A stretch of DNA of 63,724 nt, the filler included, from Neolecta irregularis DAH-3 (Eukaryota), in assembly GCA_001929475.1 (NCBI GenBank). It is 12 parts of 12 records of this genome, joined end to end, with 100 filler letters (N's around TTAATTAATTAA, not from the genome) between each part and the next. Parts side by side here need not be neighbours in the genome. Positions count along the whole stretch, not along the records: positions 1 to 9,210 come from LXFE01000379.1; positions 9,311 to 16,389 come from LXFE01003456.1; 10 more parts are not named here. One strand, written 5' to 3'. Below are positions 1-11,411 of this stretch, in pieces (within the stretch, counting starts at the first letter, position 1; every line of letters begins with the position of its first letter). The notes beneath the pieces were generated by a model that worked only from the letters and a program-made list of their open reading frames with translations, was not told the DNA's origin and searched no databases. The translations under genes were made by a program, and so were the position numbers.

Positions 1-416
1 TCTTATTCTATACAACTCATGGTACTTCTTTGCCCCTAAAACCTTCTTATCGCCTACCTGTTGCTTCGGCCACTTGAGGAAGTTGGAGTACTGGGCTATT
101 TGTATCATCAAGAATCTTCTCATTTTTCGATTGGTTCTCAAGACAGTGCTGAAACGCATGGATTGAAGACTGTGTAAAAATTCTCTACTGGGCTGTGTGG
201 CTGCAAAGGATCATAGTCCTTAGTAACAGACATGATGGGGGGATGCAATTGAGAAGGTTGGTATATTTTATGAGGCTAGTGGATTTGGTGGTAAGGCTGG
301 GCGATTCTGCAGGTGGGACGATTCCACAGGTAGGACAGAACACATTTATTCTGTGCTATGGTTTATAACCTATTCTCGAAGGCCCAAAGTATACCTTTTT
401 TCAAAGATGCTTCTTT

Positions 417-959
417 TCACCATGGTATAATTTCCGCAAGAGTCAATTCGATAGGTATACAATCAGTCCCTTGATCAGCCACTTTGACACGATTGACTGT
501 CCAAAATGAAGAATTCGCGTTGACAGGCTGGGCACAGAAACCACTGCCGTTACCGTAAACAAGATTGTCTTCGTTCTCGCAATCGTATTGAAGACCAAAT
601 TTTGCATCATGTAGACCAATCGTATTTCCAAATAGGATGCGACCGCTTTCAGCGAGGACATGAGCTGACATTCCGCTATGACTGAAAACGCCGTCATTAA
701 GAGAAAATAACGTTGCACCAATGCTGGTCGGACTGTATCCTCGGAGGACAGCGATTTCGGTTTTTTTGCCAATGATAGTTGTACTGAGTAACGAACCGTT
801 GAGGGGCTTGCCTATTATATCGGATGTTGCGAAAAGATAAAATCCGATGTCATGAGATTTAGCGATTGTAGCGTTGCAGGTATTAGGTGGATCCTGAGTA
901 ATGGGAGAAGCAGTGCCTGAAGCAACGACGAGAAGAAGTACTGGTATAAATTTCAACAT
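417..959 (-). CDS. Small secreted protein (180 aa from the first ATG), possibly PhiA-like cell-wall protein
   Basis: Intronless ORF. Hydrophobic signal peptide MLKFIPVLLLVVASGTA, Cys residues ending in CIPIELT, TATAAA about 36 nt upstream on the minus strand. Family assignment is by motif resemblance only. Confidence 0.7.
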   Translation of the reverse strand: MLKFIPVLLLVVASGTASPITQDPPNTCNATIAKSHDIGFYLFATSDIIGKPLNGSLLSTTIIGKKTEIAVLRGYSPTSIGATLFSLNDGVFSHSGMSAHVLAESGRILFGNTIGLHDAKFGLQYDCENEDNLVYGNGSGFCAQPVNANSSFWTVNRVKVADQGTDCIPIELTLAEIIPW

Positions 960-994
960 GTCAGGCAAGGATATTCTTTCACAGAACAGGAGGC

Positions 995-1000
995 TTTATA
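995..1000 (-). promoter_or_regulatory. TATA box (TATAAA) upstream of secreted-protein gene
   Basis: tttata on + strand, about 36 nt upstream of the ATG at 959. The same arrangement occurs upstream of the CFEM gene (4678-4683) and the 46679-47566 gene (47611-47616). Confidence 0.5.
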
Positions 1001-2020
1001 CTGAATGGACATTAGGACTCTATTTGAGTTCAATGGATGACATACAGTAAGCTTTCTTGGGTGATGGCGACTTCCATAGTGGCCAATAAGAGTGCTCAAA
1101 TCAGGAAAGCCCTAAAACATAGATCAGATCTGCCCTATCCGGAAAGGACTGCACGGAATCAGACAGCCAGCGGCTAATGTTCCAGCGCTCAATCAGGAAA
1201 GAACCGCTCGTAAATGCGACCGCAACACTATTATCCCGATATCAAATGTGTTTAGATTAAGCTATAAGGAGCAGGCAGGTCTAGATCGAGTAAATGCAAT
1301 GTAGCCTCCTATTCAACTGATGACGATCTATTTCTCTGCACTGCGTTCAGTGATGGTGTCACGTCCGGAAAACACCGACTTCCAAGCCACCGCCATGGTT
1401 ATAGGACTTTGAACACGAACTATTTTCGATCATGATGACCACTTGCGTAAGTGCTGCGACATGAAGGGGTAATAAAGTGCGAAGATCTTCCAGAGGTTCC
1501 CTCTGAAACAAATAACCCTCAGAAAGCCCTAAGCGTATCACCGTATGTTCTGTAAATCTAATAAGAACAGGTGATGGCGAGCACAAATGATTCTCGCAGT
1601 TGTCACATGAAAATATATAAAAGAGAGAAGCAGACAGCACTCCCATAGCTTTTCGACGGAATGTACAATCTTTTTCTTATTTGTCGCTGGTGTGCACGAG
1701 AACTGACCGATGTTCCATTGTGTATAACCTGTTGTTTTACACGTCATTATATGCCCTTCACTTTAAAAGTCATTTCTTCGGACACTGCGCTGAACGAGAC
1801 AAAGTCAAGACTACCAAAAGTTTCGGTGGCGATTCTAAATGAATCTTATATTACTGATGCTGAACCGCAAGACTTCAATCTTGCCAATAGTATCTTGAGC
1901 AGCTTTTAACCAACCCACATAATTTTAGGATAATAAACCACAGAATGCAACATTCAAGAAGAGTAGTAGATAGGCTAACCCAAGAATTCCAAAATAGACC
2001 GATAAAAGGATAGAGATTAC

Positions 2021-3490
2021 TCATCGTAACCTCGAAACCCTTGTGCTTTTCCTCCGTTTAGCTACCGAGGTAAAAGATTCAGGTTCCGGTTTTGCGGGTC
2101 GTATATCCATTTCTTCAAGGGGGTGCTTACGAGGTCGCCCCCTTCGTCTCTTCTTTGGCGGTTCGGCTGGCGGGGTGGGAGGCGGAATGTCTTTAGGATT
2201 GAAAGATTCAAAGATGATATTAGTTTCGATATCTCCTTCTGAGGATCCTACAGGAGATGCTTGAGGCGTCGGGATAGCAGTTCGCAGTGAGAACCCTCTA
2301 GCCGTAGGAGTTGGAACTTGGTGTTCTTCTGCGCCCAAGTTGCAGAAAATCGATCCAGAGATTGGGAGAACTTGATCTGTTGGATTGCAGAATTCAATAT
2401 CAGCTATCGAGACGGTTGTGGATCTTGGGAGAGATGGTGGTGCAATGCATGTTTGATTAATTTGAGGAAGTAATACCTCATACGATTCCGGTGAGCGTAA
2501 AGCGTTAATGGACTCAGGAGGACGTTGGAGGGGGAGAGCAAACAAGTTTGCCAAAGGATGCGAATTGATATCTTTGAGCATTTCGAAATCAACTATATCT
2601 TTCAGTGGAGGTTCATTCCTCCACCTCAAATCTCCGTTTTGGATGCTTCGACATATGTGCTCTATCGTCTTTAGTTTTGTATTTTCGAAAATGGACTATT
2701 AAATACCTAACACATGCCGTTCTTTGTTGTAGTTTTGAAATATGTCCAGAAGATTATTGCCTGCGATTAGATGCTATCAAAAGAATTCTTACGGAGTTTG
2801 TCACTTGCAGATTTCAGGGAGTTGTAATTAGCCTGTAATGTGCTTAGTTGGGACTGAGATTCTTCGAGACTTGTATGTAAGGCGACCAGTGCAGATAAGA
2901 CTTCCTCTGAGGTACGAATTCCTAGACTTTCCAAAAAGTTTGAAGAGGACGACTCAGCTGGAAGCATAGGAAGGGTCTCAGAGCCTTTGAATTAATGTGC
3001 GGGAAGAAAAACAAGGTTTACACCGTCCGAGATTCTCTGAGATATATTGCCGATCCAGCAGTGGTTCCTCCAGAGACTTTACGCTCCGTATTGGAGTTGT
3101 CATAGTAGAACTAGCGTAATTCTTGATGTCGATCGCAGCTGGAGGCATCGTAATTTCTGCCGCTGGACACCACATTAAAGCTAGGTTGATCAGACCATAA
3201 GACCTGCACGAAAGACAAATACAGGGGTCCTTATTCTCAGGAGACCAGAAACTGCCCTTGTATGAATAGGGGTTTGCGGCGAAAAAAGCTGGACCTGTTC
3301 CGTTGGTCGATAAGTAGTCATCCGTTTTTCCAAAGACATATTGTCGAGCAAACCCATATTCTATGCTATCATTTTTATTTGACTCAGCCAGCGTGTCTAT
3401 CGTCATGCGAACGATTGCTTCATCGTCGATGTAATCTGAATCGTCGTCTAAGGTGTCGCGCTCGACAGAAGATCTCAGCGATAATAACAT
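2021..3490 (-). CDS. Hypothetical multi-exon nuclear protein with coiled coil and C-terminal AT-hook (5' end uncertain)
   Basis: ORFs 2978-3490, 2767-2967 and 2021-2629 can be joined in frame through short GT-AG introns. KKRRRGRPRKHP is an AT-hook/NLS motif; LVALHTSLEESQSQLSTLQANYNSL is heptad-like. Confidence 0.55.
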
Positions 3491-3880
3491 TCAGCCTATC
3501 TAACGGCTAACCCCCAGGAGTCTTTGTCGTAAACGAGAAGGAAGATTCACGGTTCAACCTTGCAAAATGGCAGTGCAAGGGTAAGTGATTGAGTGGTGGA
3601 CTGTAGGTTGGGAATAATAAAAGTGAAATTTGGTTGGGGATAGAAGCAGTGTGTCCATCAATCAATCGGATGATCAATCCAAAAAATTTCTTCAATCAAT
3701 CAATCCAGGAGGGCTGGACCGATTGGACCGATTGATCATTTTTACTCATTTTTTCATATATTTACATCAAGCAAAATGTAGATGAGATTTTAAAATCATT
3801 AGGACAGAGATGGACAGGACAGAGATAGTATAAATTGCTACAGTATGTATATAATTCTTGATATCTATCTAAATATTAGC

Positions 3881-4265
3881 AAGGGAACGGACAGGCAGGT
3901 GGGCAAGATGGGTGGGTGAGACAGGAGCATGAGGCTGGTGTACAGGGTGGGAGAGGTGCACAAGGCAGGCAAGATGGGCGTGTGAGGTGGGAGGGGCACA
4001 TGAGGTGGGAGAGATGGGCATGGGAGGTGGGAAAAGCGTGTGAGGCAGGGGAGGCAATCAAGTCAGGCGAGTGGGAGAGGCGGGCGAGACGGGTGGGCGG
4101 GCGAGGAGGATGGGGCGGGCAGAAGAGCGAGTCTGGCAGGACTGGCAGGAGAGAGAGACTGGAGAGACAAGCGGGCGAGATGAGAGAGACAGGAGAAGCG
4201 GGCGATGCGGGAGAGGTAGGAGGGACGGGAAAGGAGGGTGGGACGGGAAAGGCAAGGCGCAGCTT
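3881..4265. repeat. G/A-rich degenerate minisatellite / low-complexity tract
   Basis: Strong purine skew with recurring words GGGCGAG, GACGGG, GGCAGG and GAGAGG. Only low-complexity ORFs overlap it. Confidence 0.8.
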
Positions 4266-4366
4266 GAGGGTCTTGATAATCAAGCGGATCAGTAGTAAAA
4301 CAAAAGAATCAGTAGACCGTCAGTAAATTTTGAAGGACGTATTTACATGAGTCATGGTGATTACAT

Positions 4367-4639
4367 TTAATGAGGCAAAGGGAGGCCAAGCTTCCTGCAC
4401 TGTTTTTTTCCATATTCAATCGCGTCAGCTGTCTCCTGCGCTGTACAGGTCTTAGCCATTTTCTCTCGAAAATTCTCCTGATAAACGTAATCCTGACATA
4501 AACATTTCCTGTCTAACTGTTGGCAGCCATTAGGGCTCTTGGTCGACATAGCAACGTTTATTGCGCAAGTTGAGAGAGTAGGGGCGGTGGCTATGGCAAG
4601 AGAGAGAACGGCGAGAGCCGCGAGACTGAAGAAATGCAT
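4367..4639 (-). CDS. Secreted minimal CFEM-domain protein (90 aa, 6 Cys)
   Basis: Signal peptide, CFEM pattern C-A...GC-xx-LD-xx-CLC...C...C, conserved Asp, upstream TATA box, no GPI/Ser-Thr tail. Confidence 0.85.
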   Translation of the reverse strand: MHFFSLAALAVLSLAIATAPTLSTCAINVAMSTKSPNGCQQLDRKCLCQDYVYQENFREKMAKTCTAQETADAIEYGKKQCRKLGLPLPH

Positions 4640-5034
4640 GGCAATTGCTTGTTCAAACGACTTCCCTCACGACGTCTTTTATACATTTTTAGATGACTGT
4701 GAAAACTCTTAAGAGTCATTAGCATTAAGTTGTCTCAACACTGTGAGGGGTAAATCATGCCACTATGTGATTGCTATAGCCTTGCTAAAGAGAGCAAGTT
4801 ATTTCCTTACTATGAGCGGCATGAACATCAGAGGCTCAGAGCTGACTACAGAATTTGAAGAAAGAACCGGTAGAGATCTCAGAGAATAAATTTACTAGCT
4901 AAAACATCAACATAATAACTGCAGAGTATCCGAAACCAGGCAACTGATCTCTCAAAAATAGGTTGAGACATACAAAAACAACACAAAGAATTTCTTTGTA
5001 TGGATGGATGTCGTGCAGGGTCGGCGGCTCTTGT

Positions 5035-5378
5035 TGTGGGGACTTGATCATGCCCCACGATCAGACAGCCCCGGCACCCCTCACCGCTCGCCACCAGGAC
5101 TCTCCAACGGTTCAAGACTCACTGACATCGACGCCGATCAAAGCAGCCTGACTGTGGCAAGCAGTACCACCGAGCCAAGTCAGGACAGTCACAAGCTTTG
5201 CCACCCCAGAGGCATGCGGGGAGGCAAACAGAGATGAGGAAGCGCATGTGCCAGTTCTTCTATAAGTAGGGCCCAAACCGGAGCAAGAATATACATAGTT
5301 GCCTTTATTTCCTGAATCGCGATCGTATACTCCCAGCAAAGCCTCCTGAGAGGCAAGTCCGGACACCCAACGCTCACA
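5035..5378 (+). mobile_element. Solo LTR (344 bp) with 5-bp target-site duplication CTTGT
   Basis: Termini TGTG...CACA; CTTGT at 5030-5034 and 5379-5383; internal TATAAGTAGG at 5261; related terminal sequence at 9311-9376. Confidence 0.8.
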
Positions 5379-6097
5379 CTTGTTGCTATGGTGTGCCCCC
5401 ATGTAGGTGTTGGAGCTCGAGCACAATAAGATCGGGTTATATTTCCTTAATCTAAGCTTGTAGGCGTGTGAGCTTAGACTAAGATATATGAGTGTAGCCT
5501 TTATGTAGATTTCTATCTAATGTCCCTTATTTCTACTGGGTTAGGTGGGTATATCCTAGTTACTCTTTCACCCCGATTCTAGCTATGTTTATCCTGTATT
5601 TCGCTGAACATGTGACTATGATCTTGTATCTTACTCGCCGAACATAGACCGGCTCAGTCTTGCTCTTGTCTCGAGTGATTCAGTGCTCCCATAACGTCAA
5701 TTGCCCCCCTATATTGGCGTTGTACGAGTATAGCTATCTAGTGGGATTACATATGTCCTCCGGGCATCAATGACTATAAATTATATCTACCGCATTACAG
5801 CCAAGACAGCCCAGACATGACACAAAATAGTCGCAACTACATAAGAGAAGTACAATGCCGTATCCATGTTGGTCTGCCATGATTTGACCCCGGACAAATC
5901 ATTCAATCTCATATTCAACGAGAATGTCAAACATACAGGTCAACGACTATAACCATCTCCCACTCTCCGTGCTATCTTACACTAAAGTGGAACTTATGCG
6001 ATATTGTTTGACAAGTGACAAAACACGTGCGCCACTTTTCGCCGAACTTTTCGCGACTCCAACTCCTACCACACTTCATATTCAGGTCATCCTCTCC

Positions 6098-8283
6098 ATG
6101 TCTGTCGATCAGTCATACCCACATGAGCAAACATATGTCGAAGAGATGGCCCCGCCCTCGTATATGGTCTCAGTAGACGATGGCCGTAAAAGGCGAATGA
6201 GCGAGTCTAGCCGCGACCAATTTGATTATGGTTGCCTTTTTTCTAAGAAACGTTTTAATTTGTATAGACGGGAGTAAACGACGGCGGTCGAGGAGTCCAA
6301 ATGGAATTGATCGTTACATTCCTGGTGGAGGACTGGTAAGGGGGCGAGGGCATCATGGAGATTACTATACCCCCAGATATGACCGGCGAGGTAGTGTACA
6401 ATAAGCCTCTTCCGAACTGACCAACAAGGTGCCGAAGGGCTCATGCCAAACTTCCCATACAGGTATTTTTCCATCTTAGCGCTTCGATTGATAGGAAAGC
6501 CAACGTACACAAAGGGATCCTTATGAACTTGAATCTCTCGTTTCATTCGCTTATTACTGCGACTGGTATCGGATTGCAAACTCTGCGAAGCAAGAATCTG
6601 TGGATGACTTATCTGTGAAGTACGAAAAATATCGTCAAGATTTGATTTGTCGGTTGTCCAAAAGGTTTTCCGAGGAACGAAGCAAGGATGAGTGGTTCCG
6701 AGAACGTTATTTGCCTGAACTATATGAGAAGTGCGAAGCAATCACTCTACAGTATCAGAAGATTTTGTTTGAAAAATTCAAATTGAAGTTGGAGCAGGGA
6801 ATGTTTGATGAGCTTAAATTTGAAATTCAAGGTTTGTATTTTCCAATTAGATATTGTTGATGCGCAGAAAATTCAGATGATGCGAACGGTCAAAATGAAC
6901 AAAACGGCGATATTGCCAAGCAGCACGAGCCAGTAAAGATGAATGAAACTGAGATGTCCACAACGAACGCACGATGTTCATCAATACTCCTTATTGAAGA
7001 AATCCCTCTTAATGTCTCCCGCTCGACCATCTATGATCAAGTCAAAGGCCTACCTAATTTTCTCTACTTATCGCTATCTCAACCATCTTCGTCCAATAAT
7101 TTCTATCGAACAGGATATATAATCTTTTCTGCTGCTGTTGATGTCGAAAAGATATTAGCCACAATATCAGAACAGCCATCCAAAGATTCTTTTCGTATCG
7201 TGGCAAAAGCATTTGTTCTTCCGAAAAAGGAAGAACGAATATCCTTACCAGTCGTATTTTCCACCAGAGAACGAGTCGAAGCGGATGAGCAACAAGCTAG
7301 AACTTTGGTAGACAGTTTCGAGTCACAATTGGGCGAAGAATTCCGAATGTTACCATTTATTGAATCTCGTGTCTCCTATCTATCTAGTCAAACGGAAGAG
7401 GACAACAATGAAGCAGATAGAAACCTGGAAAAGGTGTTTGTACATCCCCTATTTTAGTGCTAACTACAGGCCAAAACATCGCTTGATCTCATCGTTGAAT
7501 ATCTTCGTTGTGTGCATTTCTTTTGTCTATATTGTGTCCATCAATCAGACTCTCTAATCTCACTTCAACAAATATGTCCTTCAGGCCATGCAAGGCTCCC
7601 ATTAGCGGATATCGATGCCAAACTTGATCGAAAAATGGGTATATATATTTTGATTTCACCCGCCTGACAACATAAGCAAACTGGCTAAATACATGGACGC
7701 ATAAAATTTCTTTGATAATTGACCCTGAATCGGCTTCAGTCAGAAAACTGGGAGGTATCCCTATTGAGGATCATGTAAACGACGCCGTCAGAAAGGTGTT
7801 TCAACAAGAAGACGAAGGTAAATTTCGCTGTCGGATTGGTGAGTGCGCGAAGTTGTTCAAGGGTGAGGAATTCGTTCGAAAGCATATCGAAAAGAGACAT
7901 AAGGAATACGTCGATAAAGCTTTTGAAGAAGTATGACTCGTCATTCTCAACTGATTAGACTGATTCTCCAGGGGGTCATGTTAAATAATTACGTCCGAGA
8001 TCCTAGTAAACTAATCCCACCCGCGGCAGAAACACCCCTCTCCATTGATCAGATCCCGCACGAAGTACCCACATCCACTATTTTCCCTGGGTATTTCCCT
8101 GGAATGTACTTTCCCGTCGCGTTCATTCCCATGGTTCCTCAACCTCCTTCGCGAAAGCTTAAATCTCCTCTTCCTAGGCAACGTGGAAGAGGATACGGAG
8201 ATGATCCTAGAAGAGAACGTGGTTTACGAAGTTATCAAGATCTCGATGCCCCTAAAGATGAAGTCGTCGAACTGGATTATTAG
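6098..8283 (+). CDS. ARS2: Ars2/Serrate RNA effector homolog (multi-exon)
   Basis: EWFRERYLPE motif, RRM-like middle region, C2H2 finger KFRCRIGECAKLFKGEEFVRKHIEKRH, C-terminal DPRR..RSYQDLDAP motif; short GT-AG introns join the ORFs. Confidence 0.9.
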
Positions 8284-9210
8284 TGTAGAATTATAAAAGT
8301 CTTGCCCTCCCCTTTGCTGTGTTTGAGATAGACAGCCCTTTTTTATTAGATTCTTCGTCTATTAGTGGCGATTGGTCTTTGTCATGAAGGGTAGATTAAG
8401 GGCAGGATGAATTGATGTGTTCCTCTTTCATGGAAAATGTCATCATGAACTTGTCAACATAATCTTTTGGCTATGCTTTGATACAGCTGAGCAGCTTCTG
8501 GAAGTCTTAAATACTGTATTCTTGTCTAGCCGATTCATAGTCTAAAGGTCGACAACCTCCATATTCTAGATTCTACTTGACCGTCACTTCTTACATATCA
8601 ATGGTCTATTTAGGTGATATCTGTTTTTAAAATTGGTCATAATGTCGTTATTATACACTGAGACTGATCTCCTAGAACATGGCGTTGTGGAACATAGCTC
8701 TAAAGGCTTGGCATAAGTAAGCTTGCGTAGCACTGATCTCGAATGGAAGCTTCTATAAAATGCCCACGATTACTCAGCTGTATTGTACGTCATAGAAAAC
8801 AACACATGAGTCGACTCTCGATTGTCTCGTTGCTATACCCCGTTATAAAACTAGGTATATGCGTCGCTATCTGAGATGATGTCACAGAGAAGAGATTGAT
8901 GCGCTGCAATGAAACAGCTTGGTCTGTTTTTCAGATTTGCTAAATGATGGTCCCTGATTCAGTCATTTGACCATAGCCTTCATCAAAGAAGCTTTCTATC
9001 TCGTAGTCTCCGTCTACCTTTTTCGAAGGGATGAAATCATTGGTGGCATCTGTATGATATGCCTAAGCCATCGCCAATAAGACCCGGTATATTCTAACCT
9101 AAGGAATTGTACTGGTTAGGTATACGTAACCCCACTCGTTTATATAAGATGGGCGGCGATGAAATGGCCACCACCCTGAACCGGCCACCTTTCCAAAAAA
9201 ACACGTAAAT

Positions 9211-9310
9211 NNNNNNNNNNNNNNNNNNNNNNNNNNNNNNNNNNNNNNNNNNNNTTAATTAATTAANNNNNNNNNNNNNNNNNNNNNNNNNNNNNNNNNN
9301 NNNNNNNNNN
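9211..9310. other. Artificial contig linker N44-TTAATTAATTAA-N44. Also at 16390-16489, 22115-22214, 23341-23440, 46237-46336, 48719-48818, 52378-52477, 54942-55041, 58647-58746, 59789-59888 and 62202-62301.
   Basis: Identical 100-nt cassette with stops in all six frames; genes (HRQ1, TilS-like) are truncated at it. Confidence 0.97.
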
Positions 9311-9376
9311 GTCATAGTCGCTTGTGCTGCTAGGCGCCAGTACGGTCGGATCGTGGGGCATGATTATGTCCCCACA
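9311..9376 (-). mobile_element. 5' end of an LTR related to the solo LTR at 5035, cut by the contig end
   Basis: Reverse complement tgtggggacataatcatgccccacgatccgac aligns with tgtggggacttgatcatgccccacgatcagac at 5035. Confidence 0.7.
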
Positions 9377-9742
9377 GCTTGCATATTTTGAGAAATTCGA
9401 AACATATCACTGAGCTCAACATAGTCTAGTCTCAGGAACGGCAAAGTTTCTGACGCTGATCAATTCAGACCTAGTATGCGAATACCGCCTCTTCTGATGG
9501 TATTTTATTTGTCTTTTCCTTGTCTTGAATCTGAGCTCTGGCAAAAGTCTTGGCTTATATGCGACTTAGCGGCGATAGTCTAGCTCTATATACTCTAATC
9601 TAGAGCAATTGTTCAAATCATTGTTAAGAAGGTATCGTAATTGGTATATAACCTGTTTACCTTGTGTATAATTCAAAGTTTTTAATCTTTTCGCATCCAG
9701 GTTATCTACGAAATTCATTTCGCACTCCACTACAGTATCACT

Positions 9743-10335
9743 ATGTTAAACACACATTGCTCATCTCCCCTCCGTGCAACATCTCCAAATCTCCAGTCAT
9801 CGCCACCCTCCTCGCCTCTAAGCTCGAAATTCAACCAGCGCCGGGCTTCATTTAAGAAAGGAGGCGATGCATCTCCATGGAGAGACCGTCAACGCTGTTT
9901 ATTCCTCGACAAGGTTCGCTCAGGCCGTGATCGAAGGTTTTTGCATGGGAGAGGCGGGGAGGATGAGATGATGAGGATTATGTATGCAAGTGAAAAGAAA
10001 AGGGCGGAAAGAGCAATGGAGAGGGAAGCCCAAAATATTGATTCCGCTGAGCCGGATGAAATGGGTTTGCTTAAACTCTGTACCAGAAACACTAATCGAT
10101 AGATGCCGAGTTCCTCGAAGAACTCCAGAAACAGGAAGAAAAAGAACTCGAGGCTTGTCTATCCCATTTCTATAGCGAACATGAAAACCAAACCACGCAG
10201 GATGCCGAGATGTCTACATCGCAACCGAAGAGGTCAAATATACCACAGACATGTCAAAATTGTAATATCAACAACCTGGAGCAGGTAGAAGGAGGCATTG
10301 TTTGTTTCACATGTGGTTGGAGCTGTACTTTGTAA
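9743..10335 (+). CDS. RPA-interacting protein (RPAIN/RIP)-like; 2 exons, intron 10065-10102
   Basis: N-terminal SPWRDRQRCLFLDKVRSGRDR resembles the RPA-interact N motif; acidic middle; C-terminal CQNC...CFTCG zinc ribbon. Confidence 0.65.
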
Positions 10336-10424
10336 TTCCTGGATAATTTGATGGAGTTTGGATTGGTGGGAGTAACTGTGTTTTGTATATACATGGTAAT
10401 GACCGAAAAGCTTTGATTATCGAC

Positions 10425-11411
10425 TTATGAAATTGTACATCCTTCCATATCGGGTGGAAGGTTTGGCATTCCATCAACTCCTTCCCCAATGTCACCCATG
10501 ATATCTTTGGGAGGGCTTCCATGGGACTGAATCTGAACCTGTCAGTATTTATTCCAGTAACAAGTAATATGCCTGGTTCATTAATTCCGCAATCTCTCTC
10601 CTTTGTCCTTCGTCCCGTTCGCTATATGACGGCGAATCAAACTTTGCTAGAACCTGTCGAACATCCTCATATTGTTCACGATATGGTCGAATCTCTTCTT
10701 CAGATAGTTTTCCCTCCTGTTCCGTTAACCAGGCAGGGTACTATTACAAGTCAGCGAGATCTATTACTGGCCCCATACCTTTTCAGCTAGCTCTTTCATC
10801 GGCTCGTAAAGCAAGTCTTTTGACATCAATTCTTCCATCATGCCCTCCAACATCTTCTCAAACCCAGCCTCGTCACCGCCTTGTCCTCCAGCCTGAGATA
10901 GTTGCTGAAGCATTTCTGCCAAGAATGCGTCCTCGTTATTTACCTCCTTCTAAATATTCGTTAGTCGCGGGTTGATTAGAGAGTTTGCACTTCGATTTCG
11001 GCATCACTATCCTTCATCCTTTTCATAGTCTCAGTAATAGTGTCTTGAAAAGACCTTGATTCCTTTGGTGGGATGGACTTACTGACATCATTGGGTCCCA
11101 TAGTAGCTTGATCGATTCCTTGAACGAGTTTCTCAAATTCGGCCCTTGCCGCTGGACTTTGGTTCATTTCTCGAAGCAATTCGTCCATTCCGGATTGCAG
11201 CTTTTTTGCAAAATCATCTTCGAGTTCAGGTATTGATAATGGGACAGTGGAAGGGGGTGGTGTCTTGGTTGGTTCCGGCTTTGTTGATTGATCGAATTCG
11301 TCGAGCACATCTGAAAATCAGGCGCCATGCAAAAGAAAAAGAATGACCATCAAGATCGTCTAATTCATCGTCAGAGACAGGTGCTGCAGGAGGAATCTCG
11401 TTATTGCTCAT
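10425..11411 (-). CDS. PEX19: Peroxin 19, peroxisomal membrane protein receptor (multi-exon)
   Basis: DDELDDLDDVLDEF N-terminus, FQDTITETMKRMK, LMSKDLLYEPMKEL, YPAWL, GSPPKDIMG and C-terminal CaaX CTIS*. The last intron (10533-10572) has a GC donor. Confidence 0.95.

Noticed and set aside
3869-4326. Overlapping Pro-rich and Gly/Arg-rich ORFs on both strands
   Set aside because: By-products of a stop-poor low-complexity tract; the same applies at 21207-21461 and 48909-49121.
9255-9266. Recurring palindrome TTAATTAATTAA (11 copies) as a biological repeat or CRISPR-like array
   Set aside because: Always centred in exactly 100 nt of Ns; it is a six-frame-stop scaffolding linker.
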